Source: Leucoraja erinacea
Lineage: Eukaryota
DNA length: 64,000 bases
Assembly (NCBI RefSeq): GCF_028641065.1
Contig: NC_073380.1
Location: forward strand, 81,282,001 to 81,346,000
Reading direction: 5' to 3'
The position numbers were made by a program, and so were the translations under genes. Of the stretch, positions 1 through 13,000 are shown piece after piece. Numbering within the stretch: the first letter of the stretch is position 1; every line of letters begins with the position of its first letter. The notes under the pieces were generated by a model. The model did not search any database, was not told the origin of the DNA, and saw only the letters and a program-made list of their open reading frames with translations.

Positions 1-1884
1 GCCTCAACCGTTTGTAATTCAGTCAGCTGCCAGAAAGACTAGCCAAGCAGCAGCCACACAATCCAGGCTTGTACGCAGACTCATCTCGGATCTCGATTTA
101 CCGTCTCTCTCTACAGAACTATTAACAGCTCTGCAACAGTGGTGAGTTCCATAACGCGGCTTTGATTCTTGATGGTACACGAACGACACTCGCGTTCTCT
201 GTTCGCCCTCGTGTCTTAAACTACAAAACGGCGGGATAGAGAACAGAGTTTAACTTTTTTAATTCGAAGAAGCACCTCATTGTACATTAACTCTATTTCT
301 GTCCACAGTTACTGTTTATCCTTGCTTTCGGCTGCTACTGAATTGTCTATTTTTAATTTCCTCGCATCGTTATATTTAATGTTTTATGGCGGAGACTCGC
401 GGTCCCTCCCGTTTCAGCTGTTCTCGAGCAGCCTAGTCCCTTAATGAAGGGGGCCCCGACCCGAAACGTCACCTCTCCCTTTTCCTTTCCTATATCCTGC
501 CTGAACCCGCTGAGTACTCCACACTTTGTTCTATCTATCTCGAGCAAATCTGGCTTCGTACAAATTCACAATAAATGTTAGTAGGTGTATGACAGGAATG
601 CATCTGCTTGGTTTAAACCTAAGATAGACGCATGACATTCTGGAGTAACCTCATCGGGACATTGGCTTTTGCATCTCTGGGCTAGAAGAGATGGGTGACG
701 TTTCAGGTCACGAGAACCGATTTATCGTCCTGCGTCTCAGTACGGGCCCGAGTTCTGTTCTACTCTTGCAAAAAGCGAGCATTACCAACCCTTGGCTGCA
801 GCCCTCCCGCACTCTCTGTAATTAATATAGCTGTTTAGAAGGAACCTCTCAGTTGCTGGAAAAATCCCCAGGCCACCCCAACCCTGCTCGGGAAACTCGC
901 AGTGAGCAGCATCGATGGAGCGAGGAAACTGTCGAAGATCTTTGTCGGGTCGATACCCACCTTGCTTCAGGATGCCCTTCACGCCCGAACCTACCTGTTG
1001 ACATAAGCCCATTACTAATGCCGAATATTTCTACATGTAGGGCACTGTAGGGTATAGCGATTAGCACCTCTAGGGACTACATCATCCAGTCGGATATCTA
1101 GTCCGTTAGCAGACATGGTCACGAATTTTTCTTCAATATTTACTATCATTGAAATCGTTTCCTCCGCCACATCTCTCTTTATTCGTATGCAGTCTTAATA
1201 CAAAAGCCGCTGCAGCCCTTCCCACCGGCCTCTGCGGACCACTGTCCTGAACGGCTTCATTCAAACTATTCTTCCCACTTCACAGAAAATGGCAGGTTTT
1301 CGTTGGACCTTTAGGTGATCCGTTAAATTGAGGACTGCGTCAATATTTGAGCCGTCGATATACCATCGCAGGAGAAAAGAGCCACATGTGTTAATCGAAA
1401 TGGGGTCACACAGCTGGTGGGTACCAGTGAAAGGCTGATTAAAAGGTCGTTAAAAATGCTAACCACTGACAGAGAAAGTAGATCAACCAAAAGGGACAGC
1501 CAAGGCCGCCTATTTGTTCAGGGAGTTGGTGCCATCGAGTCCACTCCAGGCGGACTGAGATGCTGCTGGCTACTGGTCTCACCACCCGCCCCCTTCTTCA
1601 CAGTCCTGCACCAGGAATTGCCGCTTCCATTTGGTGCGATGTCGTTTCCTATTCCAGCTCAGAGATAAATTTCACTGTCGCGGAAGTCTCTCGCCCTCCA
1701 CGCGCGTGGTGCGTGGGGCGCAAACAAGCGCTACAGTCTGAGTGTCAAAGTATCGGTAAATGCAATAACAGAGCCGATCCCACTTCTAGACTGGGAACGC
1801 TCCCCCTGGCAATAAACCGCGAGTTCCCAATGCTCGCACGCGAGCCAGTCGGGAAGCACTTGCCAGATAGGACTCGGCCTAGGA

Positions 1885-1928
1885 AGTTTTTGTATCGGAA
1901 CACCACTCTTCATTGCCATCACACTGTG
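1885..1928 (-). promoter_or_regulatory. Recombination signal sequence of the 1.9-kb V (CACAGTG, 28-nt spacer as read, ACAAAAACT)
   Basis: Heptamer 1928-1922 and nonamer 1893-1885 on the minus strand are near consensus. The spacer is 5 nt longer than 23. Confidence 0.8.
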
Positions 1929-2359
1929 AGACCCATCCGGCACGAAGTAATAGGTGGCGGCACTAGCAGGACAGGTCGGTGTCATATCAATCACAAGAGA
2001 GAAAGTTGAGGTCACTCCCTCGCGGCTGAGAATTTGGCGGGGTATTCCCTGATCCAGCAGCTACAGATTTCCCTTTGCTATAGCGCAGGATCCTTCTGGC
2101 GCGCCTGGGTCGCTGCGTTGTTGATACCAATGGATAGTCATCGAGACCCTTTGCCAAACACTGTATCTTCACGGTTGTGGCCACAGGCTTCGTGATCGAC
2201 ATCTGCGGCTGTTGCAAATCATTGGCAGAATATCCAGCTGTAAATTAAAAAACCATTTGGAGCTACATGGACAAGGAAAGACGGGAAAGTGGTTGTTTCC
2301 ATACAGTACTTCTTACCAAGGAAAATCCACCAGATGGTAACTAGACAACGTAGCGACAT
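1929..2359 (-). pseudogene. TRGV: TCR gamma V segment, frameshifted as read (pseudogene or sequencing-error-damaged functional V)
   Basis: Leader exon 2359-2317 (MSLRCLVTIWWIFL+G, donor GTAAGA), 79-bp intron, acceptor TTTACAG. V exon from 2237 reads (A)GYSANDLQQPQMSITKPVATTVKIQC. With frameshifts it continues IHWYQQR..., RRILRYSKGK, STFSLVID, AATYY(C)AGWV, ending at a CACAGTG heptamer. Confidence 0.85.
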
Positions 2360-4139
2360 GCTGCCGCGGTAAAACTATTCGGATGGACTAGCTCTGATCT
2401 CTGATCACAATGCAGGTTAGAATGGAATGCGAGGTGCCCCGGTTTGTGGTCTGCCCACCTTTATCTGCAACATTGATTTGTGAAATACATTTGCCCAGAG
2501 AGAGGTGGAACAGGAGTGGTTTTTACGACCAGTCCTGCAGACGGAGCACCTTCAAATAAATAAGTTGCAACATTGAAGTCATGCAGTTGATACTGGCTGT
2601 CGTGCAAGTTCTCGCTTGCTTTGGAAGCAACAGCAATAAGATCACATTCACAGTTAGACACAAAGTGCTGGAGTAACTCAGCGGGCCAGGCAACATCTCT
2701 GGAGAAAAGGAATAGGTGACGTTTCGGGCCGAGACCCTACTTCAGATTGAAGAATCCCGCATCGGAATGTCTGTCACCTGCCCTTTTCTTTCAGAAATGC
2801 TGCCTGACCCGCCGAGTTCCTCCAGCACTTTCTATCGATCTTTGTTATAAACAAGCATCTGTTGTATTTTTGTTCCTACGTTCTCGTATTCACAGTTCTT
2901 CTGTCCATGCTTGCCATCCTGGTTGCACTTTGCCTCAAACATTCCCCATGACATTATCTCGTATCTTCTTGTGATCTCCCCGTTATATTTTCAACATTAG
3001 TCCTTGCCACCTCGGTGATTATACCAAGTTCAGAAGTCTCAGTCTGGCAGCATAGCTACTGCTCGATCTGCTAAGTGCGTCCAGCGTTTTTTTTTATTTT
3101 TCCTTGCAATCACAAGTATTTGAAGGGACCTGTAAACATTGGACACTTCGGTTTATCTCTCATTGGTTTCAAATGTCATGCCAGAGAACTGAGGACATTA
3201 AAAAAATGGAGAAAATGAGCAAGAGCACGTCAGTGGTCCCTTCAACGCGTTCCCATTCATTAAGGTCACCAACTAAAGGTATTTCTCCTGGTCGCCGTTT
3301 CCTTGCACGACCCCCGACCGAGGTTCAAGGGTCAAGACGGTATAATTGGCATGATACCGACAACGGAACAATTACATTCTTACTTCCTGCAGTTTAACAG
3401 GCCGATAAATGCAACAGCACGCTGATATATATAACCATCAAAAACAGCATCACTACATAACCAAAATAATGAAAAGATCCAAGTCCGCAACGAAACCAAA
3501 GACATAGTCATAGGAACATATAAAATAGGTGCAAGAGCCTACACCGCCATTCAATATGATCATGGCTGATCATCCAACTCAGTATCCCGTACCCCGCCTT
3601 CTCTCCCATAACCCTCTGATCCCTTTAGCCACAAGGGCCACATCTAATCCCTCTCTTCTCTTAAATATAGCCACATGTTGAACTGAACTCGGCCTCAACT
3701 ACTCTCTGTGGGCAGTCAACAGAATATCATAGTTGCTGAGGTTAGTGTTGTTTAGTGCTCAAGAACTGATGGTTGCAGGGAAGAAGCTGGTCTTGAAGCT
3801 GGAGGTCATGGTCTTTAGGCTCCTGTACCTCCTTCTCGCTGGTAGTAACAAAATAGGGCACTCAAATCCAGAAATTATCCTGCATAGGCACTGAATGAAT
3901 GTAATAAGTAAGTCGCTATAGTCCATGGGACAGAGATACATATTTACAAATTGGAATGGCATGCAACCTGGAGGGGAATCTGCAGGTATCAATGCACCAG
4001 TTAAATTAATCTATGATGGAAGAGAATTGTCAGTATATGGGTTTTGAATAATTGTAGTGCATCTCATAACCTGCAGAGAAAGAGTTGCAGTTATCTGCAA
4101 TATCTTATCTGCATAACATGTCAGGTTTAATCTACAATT

Positions 4140-6597
4140 GGAGAGGGAGAAGGGTGATCGGAACGTGTCAGTGTTACAGTTTGAATAAAGGGGACTATGG
4201 GGCCATGAGGACTGGAGCTGGCCAAAGTTGACTGGAAAGATGCGCGAGTAGGGATGACAGTGGAACAAAGATGGCAGGAATTTCTAGGAATAACAGACAG
4301 AAGGTGCAGAATCAGTTCATTCCTAGGAGGAGAAAGAAAGATTTCAAGGGGGAAAAAAGGGACAACCATGGATGACAAGGGACGTCAGGGACAGGATGAA
4401 AATTAAAGTGAAGAAGTAAACGTAGCAAAGATGAGTGAGAAGCAAGAGGATTGGGTAATGTTTAAAGAACAGTAAATAACAAAAAAAAGACAATACGGGA
4501 AGAAAAGATGATGAGGTACGAAGGTAAGCTAGCCAAGAATATAAAGCAGGATAGTAAAAGCCTTCTTTAGGTATGTGGAGAGGAAAGAAAAATTAGTTAA
4601 GACCAAAGTTGGACCCTTGAAGACCGAAAAAGGTGAATTTATTATGGGGAACAAGGCCTGGCAAATGGCATCTGCCATGAGTTGAACAGGTTACTTTGGA
4701 TCTGTCTTCACTAAGGAGGGCCCAAACAATCTTCCTGATATAAAAGTGGCCAAGTGGACCGAGGGTGACGGAGGGGAACTGAAATAAATCCACATTAGGC
4801 AGGAAATTGTGTTGGATAGACTGATGGGACTGAAGGCTGATAAATTCCCCAAGGTCTGCATCCCAGGGTACATAAGGACGTGGCTATAGAAATCGTGGAT
4901 GCGTTGGTGATCATTTTCCAGTTTTCTATAGACTCAGGATCAGTTCCTGTGGATTGGTAGCTAATGTTATCCATTTTTTTAAGAAAGGTGGGAGAGAGAA
5001 AACATTGGAATTATAAACCAGTTAGCCTGACATCGGTGGTGGGGAAGATGCTGGAGTCAATTATAAAAGATGAGATAGCTGAACATTTGGATAGTAGTAA
5101 CAGTAAAGTGGGCCCCTGATGAAGTGGGCCCCCTTTGTCTCAGTAAAGTAAAGGTCCGAGTTCTTGACTAAATCTTCTGGAATATTTTTGAAGATGTAAC
5201 TAGGATAATGAATGAGGGAGAGCCAGTGGATGTAGTATACCTGGACTTTCAGAAAGCATTTGATAAGGTCCCACAAAGGAGATTAGTGGGCAAAAATAGG
5301 GCACATGGTATTGGGGGTAGAGTGCTGACATGAATAGAGAAGTGGTTGGCAGACAGGAAACAAAGAGTAGGGATTAACGGGTCTCTTTCAGAATGGCAGG
5401 CAGTGCCTAGTGGGTCTATGAAAGTAAGCATGCAGGTACAGCAGGCAGTGAAAAAGGCGGAGAGAATGAAGCAGCTGGGCTTGTACTCTGGAGTTTAGAA
5501 GGATGAGAAGGGATCTTATTGAAACATATAAGATTGTTAAGGGTCTGGACACGCTGGAGGCAGGAAGCATGCTCCCGATGTTGGGGGAGTCCAGAACCAG
5601 GGACCACAGTTCAGTAGCAGACTGGGTCTAAAAATATGGGTTGCCAGGAGACAAAGGGGGCCCACTTCATCAGGGGCCCACTTGCCATTGGGCCAAGCTG
5701 ACACCCTGGCCAGTCTGAACCGAAGACGAGAAAACACTTTTTTTTCACAATGAGTTGTGAGTGTGTGGAATTCTCTGCCTCAGAGGGCGGTGGAGGCAGA
5801 TTCTCTGGATGCTTTCAAGAGAGAGCTGGATAGGGCTCTTAAAGCGGAGTCAGGGGATATGGGGGATATGGGGGAAACAGGCAGGAACGGGTACTGATTG
5901 GCCATGATGACATTGAATGGCGGTGCTGGCTCGAAGGGCCGAATGGCCTACTCCTGCACCTATTGTCTATTGTCTATTTATAACAAGAGGACTCGAATAT
6001 AGGAGCAAAAGAGGTCCTTCTGCAGTTGCACAGAGCCCTAGTGAGACCACACCTGGAGTATTGTGTGCAGTTTTGGTCCCCTAATTTGAGGAAGGACATT
6101 CTTGCTAATGAGGGAGTGCAGCGTAGGTTTACAAAGTTAATTCCCGGGATGGCAGGACTGTCATATGCTGAGAGAATGGAGCAGCTGGGCTTGTACACTG
6201 GAGTTTAGAAGGATGAGAGGGGTTCTCATTGAAACATATAAGATTGTTAAGGGTTTGGACACGCTAGAGGCAGGAAACATGTTCCCAATGTTGGGGGAGT
6301 CCAGAACCAGGGGCCACAGTTTAAGAATAAGGGGTAAGCCATTTAGAACGGAGACAAGGAAACACTTTTTCACACAGAGAGTGGTGAGTCTGTGGAATTC
6401 TCTGCCTCAGAAGGCAGTGGAGGCAGGTTCTCTGGATGCTTTCAAGAGAGAGCTAGATAGGGTTCTTAAAAAATAGCAGAGTCAGGGGATATGGGGAGAA
6501 GGCAGTTACTGATTGGGATGATCAGCCATGATAACATGACAAGGCCCCGGATGGCTCGAGTGGCGAATGGCCTCCTCCTGCATCTATAGTCTATTGT
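4140..6597 (+). mobile_element. Two tandem CR1-type LINE fragments (~4140-5976 and ~5977-6597)
   Basis: VYLDFQKAFDKVP, LVRPHLEYCVQFWSP and FFTQRVVSLWNSLP motifs, with typical 3' ends (gaagggccgaatggcctactcctgcacctattgtctatt). Confidence 0.9.
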
Positions 6598-6599
6598 CA

Positions 6600-7106
6600 A
6601 TTTTCAATTGTTATTAAGCGCAGTTGGTGGTGAGCATAAATGTTCAGGGCGGTTGATGAGGTGGATGCTCAACAGGTCTGGCAGGACTTGGACATCATCA
6701 CGTCCTACAAGGTGACACTAAGTAGGTCGGGTGACATAGAAAGATCACTTCTGGATGAGCTCAATGTCTTCTATGTTTGCATCAAAGGGAAGAACAAAGG
6801 GCCTTCACGATTCCCCACATCCCCCATGACACTGTGATCTCAGTGTCCGAGACCAGCATCTGAAGATCCTTCGAGACTCAAGGAACTGCAGGTGCTGGTG
6901 TACAAAAAAAAGTGACTGAGTACTGGAGTAACCCAGCAGGTCTGGCAGCATCTCAGGAGGACATGGATATGTGACCTTTTGAAGATAGACACAAAATGCT
7001 GGAATAACTCAGCGGGACAGGCCGCTTCTCTGGAGAGGAGGAATGGTGATGTTTCGGGTCGAGACTCTTCTTCAGACTCATGTCTGAGATGATGTATTCT
7101 CAGCAC

Positions 7107-7147
<41 letters not shown>

Positions 7148-7990
7148 AGTTCAAGAAGGAGAATGAGAACCTTGCAACCTGGTGCCATAACAAAAAACCT
7201 TCCTTCAATGTCAGCAAGATTATGTTTTACTTCAGAAAGCAATGAGGTACACACACACACCAGTATACATTAAAGGCACTGAAGTAGAGTTCATCAAAAG
7301 TTTAAAGTTCCAAGGAATAAAGATCACTATAAATCCTTCCTTAACCAACCACATCGAAGCTCGGGCAGGGAAAGCACACCAGCATATCTGCTTACTGAGA
7401 TAGACTCAACATGCTGGTGTAACTAAATGGATCAGGCAGCATCTCCGGAGAAAAGGAATAGATGACGTTTCGGGTCAAGACCATTCTTCAGACTGCCTGA
7501 CCTACTGAGTTACTCCATCATTTTGAGCCTATCTTCGATGTAAACTAGCATCTGTACTTCTTTATTACACATTTTGTCTACTTCCTTAGAAGGCTGAGGA
7601 AGTTCAGCATGTCCCAACATCACTTACCAGCTTCTACAGATGCCCCATAGAAACCATTTTATTGGGATGCATCATAGCCTAGTTTGGGAACAGCACCATT
7701 CTTGACCACAAGAAAATTCAGAGAGTTGTGGACATAGCCTAGATCATCACGCAAACCAACATTGACTCCATCTACACTTCACATTGCCTTGACAAGGCCA
7801 CCAGCACAATCAAAAACTAGTCTCGCCTGGTCACTACCCCCTTTCCCATCAGGCAAGAGGCACAGAAGTTTGAAAACACTTTACTCCAGATTCAGGGATA
7901 GTTTCTTCCCAGCTGCTATCAAGCAACTGAATCGTCTTCTCGCCAACTAAAGTGCCATCCTGACCTCCCATCTACCTCATTGGAGACCTT
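6600..7990 (+). mobile_element. Degenerate Rex1-type LINE fragments interrupted by short repeats
   Basis: QQVWQDLDIITSYK, LLDELNVFY and PSGKRHRSLKTLYSRFRDSFFPAAIKQLN match Rex1 ORF motifs. Confidence 0.65.
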
Positions 7991-8010
7991 TGAACTATAT
8001 TTTATCATAT

Positions 8011-8410
8011 AAACATAGAAAATAGGTGTAGGAGTAGGCCATTCGGCCCTTCGAGCCTGCACCGCCATTCAATATGATCATGGCTGATCATCCAACTCAG
8101 TATCCTGTACCTGCCTTCTCTCCATACCCCCTGATCTCTATAGACACATGGGCCACATCTAACTCCCTCTTAAATATAACCAATGAACTGGCCTCAACTA
8201 CCTTCTGTGGCAGAGAATTCCAGAGATTCACCACTCTCTGTGTGAAAAATGTTTTCCTCATCTTTGGTCCTAAAAGATTTCCCCCTTATCCTTAAACTGT
8301 GACCCCTTGTTCTGGACTTCCCCAACATCGGGAATAATCTTCCTGCATCTAGCGTGTCCAACCCCTTAAGAATTTTGTAAGTTTCTATAAGATCCCCCCT
8401 CAATCTTCTA
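8011..8410 (-). mobile_element. CR1 LINE 3' fragment
   Basis: RLRGDLIETYKILKG...SRTRGHSLRI plus the CR1 3' tail. Confidence 0.88.
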
Positions 8411-9699
8411 TCAGACCTTGTCGTGCACAAAATGTTGTACCCTTCAAGCTTTACCTTTACACTGTGGACAGCTTGCTTGTAATCATGTATAGAGTTTTTT
8501 TTTACTGGATAGCCCGCAACAAAAAGCTTTTCACTGCACTTCTGTACACTTGCAATAATAAACTAAAGTAAACATAAAGCTGCAAGATATCCAATTGGAA
8601 AGAGAGGTACTGCTCTTCCAGTTTGCGTGTGGTCTTACTCTGGCATGGTGGCGGCCCAGGTCAACAAGGCCAGTATATGAATGGGAAGGGGAGTTAATGG
8701 TTAGAGGAGGTGCATTTGTCTCACCTGGAAGGACTGCTTCTGTTTCTTCTTTCATGTGGCGTGCACAATCTAAAGTTGCAGGACAACTTGTTCTATTTGA
8801 TCTTCTGTTTGTGCACGTCGAGTTGATTGCATTAATCGAAACAGGGCGGACCACGTGAAGGACCGCTAGAATCCCTGGATGGATGTAAGGGGGGAAGATA
8901 TAGGTACAGGAGGATCTTCAGAAGGATCTGAAGACCCTTCACAATCACAATCACAATAATACTTTATTAGCCAAGTATGTTTTGCAACATACGAGGAATT
9001 TCATTTGCCAAGTCAGTCATACAAATAAAAAGCAACAGAACACACAAAACACATTTTAACATTAACATCCACCACAGAGATCCCACATTCCTCACTGTGA
9101 TGGAAGGCAAAACAAAGTTCAATCGCTTCCCTTAGCTCTCGGTCGGGGGCCTCGAGCCCTCCGTTCACGGGATGATTTCCACGTCAGGGCGATCCAGCTC
9201 CTGCATCAGGGGGATGTCAGCTCCCCCCCGCGCTGGTCGATCGAACCCCGCGTCGGGGCTGGTCGAGCCTCTGCGTACGTCGGAGCTCTCGATTAGCCTC
9301 TCCCGAGATTGCAAGCTCTTGATGGTAAATCTGCAGGCCACTGTTGGAGCGATCCCTGGCAAGGGAGCAGCTCCGATATTAAGTCCATGCCCTGGGATGG
9401 GGCCCAAGGTCAGTCTGAAGAGACCTCCAGCTCCATCGATGACAGGCCGCAGAGCGACCCGAGATGCGACCTGGAAACATCGTGTCTCCTTTCAAGGTAG
9501 GAACTGAAAAAAAAGATCACCCCCCACATAAAACAAACCAGAGAACATTTACGCAAAACTTATAAAATGCACTAAAAATTAAAAAAAAGACGAAAAACAA
9601 ATAGACTGTTGGCGGGGCTGCCAATCGTTTAGCGCCCCTAGTGGTGTGGTGAGGGTGAACCCTCGGCAGGCATCCACTCCTGATGGTGTCGCTGGTCAC

Positions 9700-10070
9700 T
9701 GCGGACTAAATGGCTGGAGCTCTTGCAGACATCTTCAACCTCTTATTACAATTGTCCAAGATCCCGTAATACCAATGCCAAAGAAGAGCAAGTTATATGC
9801 CTCAGTGACTACCGACAAGTGGCATGTCTCTTGTGATGAAGTGCTTTGAGGGTTTGGTTGGGAACAGTATCAATTAATGCCTTGGTAATGACATGGACTC
9901 ACTTCAATTCACTTCAATTCACCACAGAAGATCAATAATGGATGTGACATTGTTGGCTCTCCACTCGGCACTGGACCACTTGGACAACACAAATACATAC
10001 CCTCCATCATCCCTTCCAAACCTATTGTTAAATGCAGAGAAATTGATCTCTGCTTGACACAATACAATTG
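9700..10070 (+). mobile_element. Degenerate Rex1/Babar-type LINE, 5' part, interrupted by the DIRS element
   Basis: Remnants such as DIFNL, PMPKKSK, (S)DYRQVA and IIPSK..NW align to the intact Rex1-type ORF at 31536-32720. Confidence 0.75.
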
Positions 10071-13000
10071 AATAGTAAGATTAAACGAGAACTTACCAGT
10101 TCGAAGTTTGATCATTATTTTATGAGGAGTAACGTTGAGGGATTACGTGAAGAACCCGCCAGAGCGCAAGCGTGTCATTCTTCAAAGCAGCGGTGTGAAA
10201 CCACAGATAACAGTAAATGACTGAACATAGTAAGATTAGAGAAGAGGATACCAGTTGAACTTTATGATCAAGGGTGGGAGCGGAGGGCACGTAATCCCTC
10301 AACGTTACTCCTCATAAAATAATGATCAAACTTCGAACTGGTAAGTTCTCGTTTAATCTTACTATTTTACATTGGAGTCACGTGAGTGACTACGTGAAGA
10401 TTTCAAAGCTCTGTGATTTCATGCCGTGGAAACGAGTCCATGCATCACATCTGCCTTAATTGACTAAGAGAGGAATTGTGTTAACATGTTTAAACATGAA
10501 TCTGATATTGAAAATCCATGATAAATTTATTAACAACAAACTATAGCCCCTATTTTATGGGGTGAAATCATATTACAGAACTTAAAATTGATTCTGCAAA
10601 AGTTCCAGGTTTAACCACTGGTTTATGGTAGAATTGTTGGAACGTTTTTTCCCTTGACCATCCTGCTGTCTCCAGGATTTGGTCCATCGGTACATCCAAG
10701 TCGTATTGTCCAGCCTTAACTTACGTAAAGACTGTACCCTTTGTGCTGTGACCAAAGCCATCAGCATGACTGTTTTATGCGTCAGCTTTTGCAGGGACAG
10801 AGCTGTTGCTGGAGACCAGTTCCTTAGCAACGTTAGGACAATACTCACATCCCATATTTGAGAGTACCTGGTTCTTGGGGGATTGATATTAAAAATTCCC
10901 CTCATAAGTTTGGTTACCAGGGGGCGAGTCCCAACAGAATGACGCTCTGATCCTCGCCATAGATATGTTGAACGGGCACTTCTGGCACAGTTAATGGCAC
11001 TGTAACTGGGCCCCTCATCATAATGGAGGCCTGCCAGGAATTCCAGAACAGACGTTATGTTCATCGAGCTGTAAGTGATGTTGTTTCTGTGACAATATAT
11101 CTCTCATTTCCTGATGTATACCAGATATTGTTTTTTGGTGGACTGCCTGTGAGCCGCTGAGATAATGTTCAATGTTCGGTCCGTCAGTCCCAGTTCCAGC
11201 TGAGGTCTCTTTAGACTCTACAAATTAATAAGTTTGTCGTTTTATGACATGGATGGCTATCCCCAGTTACGGGATGAACCAACAAATCTGATCGTTTCAG
11301 GATGATGATACATGGTTCTAAGACCATGTCGAGTATCACAGGGAACCATGGTTGAGTAGGCCAATCGGGCACTACCAAAATACCAGACTTGTTGTATTTT
11401 GCATAATACCCGACTGATGAGACAAAAGGAGGAAATGCATAGAAAAACAATTTCCCCCAATGCAGCGAAAAAGCATCTATCGCTGATGCCCCAGGGTCTG
11501 GTTCCCAAGAAACATAATTTGGTAACTGGTGATTGAGTCTAGATGCAAATAGATCGATATCTGGTGTTCCATACCGTGCTACAATTTCAGCAAATACTTT
11601 TATATCCAACATCCATTCGATGTTTTCATTGAATTTGCGTGACCTGGTGTCTGCCACTGAATTTAGGTTACCTGGTAGGTAAGTAGCTGATATCCAAATA
11701 TTTCTCTGGATACACCATTGCCAAATTGTATTATCCAGATTGTCACATGATGTCGATTTGATTCCACCCATATGGTTAATATATGCCACCACGGTGGTAT
11801 TGTCAATCTGTAGTCTAACATGCTGGTGATATATTCCAGAACAGTATAACTTTAGGCCATAGAATGCATCCAACATTTCCAGGTAGTTTATGCCAAGTGG
11901 CTGTAGTAATGATGCCTCCTGTGCATTCCATCTACCTCCACACTGGAGATGGAATTGGTTGCACCCCAACCAAACGCACTGGCATCAGTTTGTAGCACCA
12001 CTGAGCGGTTGCTGATAATAATAGGGCTGGAACAATGCCGAATATTATCCCTCCACCATTTTAATTCCATAATTGCTTTGATTGGTAGCTTCATTGGTCT
12101 GTCGAAATGACCCGCATTAATTTTGAATGCTTGTACTTTTGCCCTTCGTAAATTTTGATAATACAAAGGTCCAAATTGTGTGGCTGGAAAAGCAGCCAAT
12201 ATTTTGCCAATTACCATTGCTACCAATCTGATAGATGGTTCACTGATGTCAATGAGGTTGTTGCAGGCCTCAATTAAGACTGTAGCCTTGTCCTTTGGTA
12301 AAGTCACTGACATGTGAACTGAGTCAATAGTGACCCCCAAATAATCCATTATGGTGGAAGGTGTTAGTTTAGATTTAACTGGATGGATGATAAACCCCAG
12401 TTTCTCAAACAATTATTTGGTGGCTGGTACAGCTAGTTTGGCTAGTTCCAAAGTTTTGCCCACAATCAATATGTCATCTAGATAGGCCATGATCATATGT
12501 TTTTGTTTCCGAAGAAACGCTAGGGCTGGTTTCAAAATTTTTGTAAACAGCCTGGGGGCTGATGTTAATCCATTTGGTAGAGCTCTATACTGTCAGGGCT
12601 GCCCCATCCAGTTGGATTTTAAATAACGTCTGTGGTCAGTCCGTATAGGCACTGAATAGTAAGCATCTTTTGTTTGGCAGTAACTAAGGTTTCCATTTTG
12701 AAATGAATATATTGCACATATGTATTCAAGTTGGTCAAATCTATGATGATGCGACAAGCACCATCTTTTTTTTGTGTTTGGTAAAGATATTAGACACAAT
12801 TTCCAGAGAATTATTTGTTGGGATTTTTCAATTACCCCCTTTGCGTGAAGTCTCACCAGTTCAGCATGTGCTTCTAATTTTTCTTTTCGTGAAAGTACGA
12901 ACGTTCGGTTCGGTACATGCTGAACTGGGGGGCTATTTTTGTGCACAAATTCAATGGTATATCCCTGGATACTGTTTAGGATATAAGTGTCTGTTGTCAA

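Noticed and set aside
1405-1440. Minus-strand CAC TGG TAC (HWY) suggesting a fourth V
   Set aside because: No flanking Cys motifs, leader or RSS could be found, although sequence noise limits certainty.
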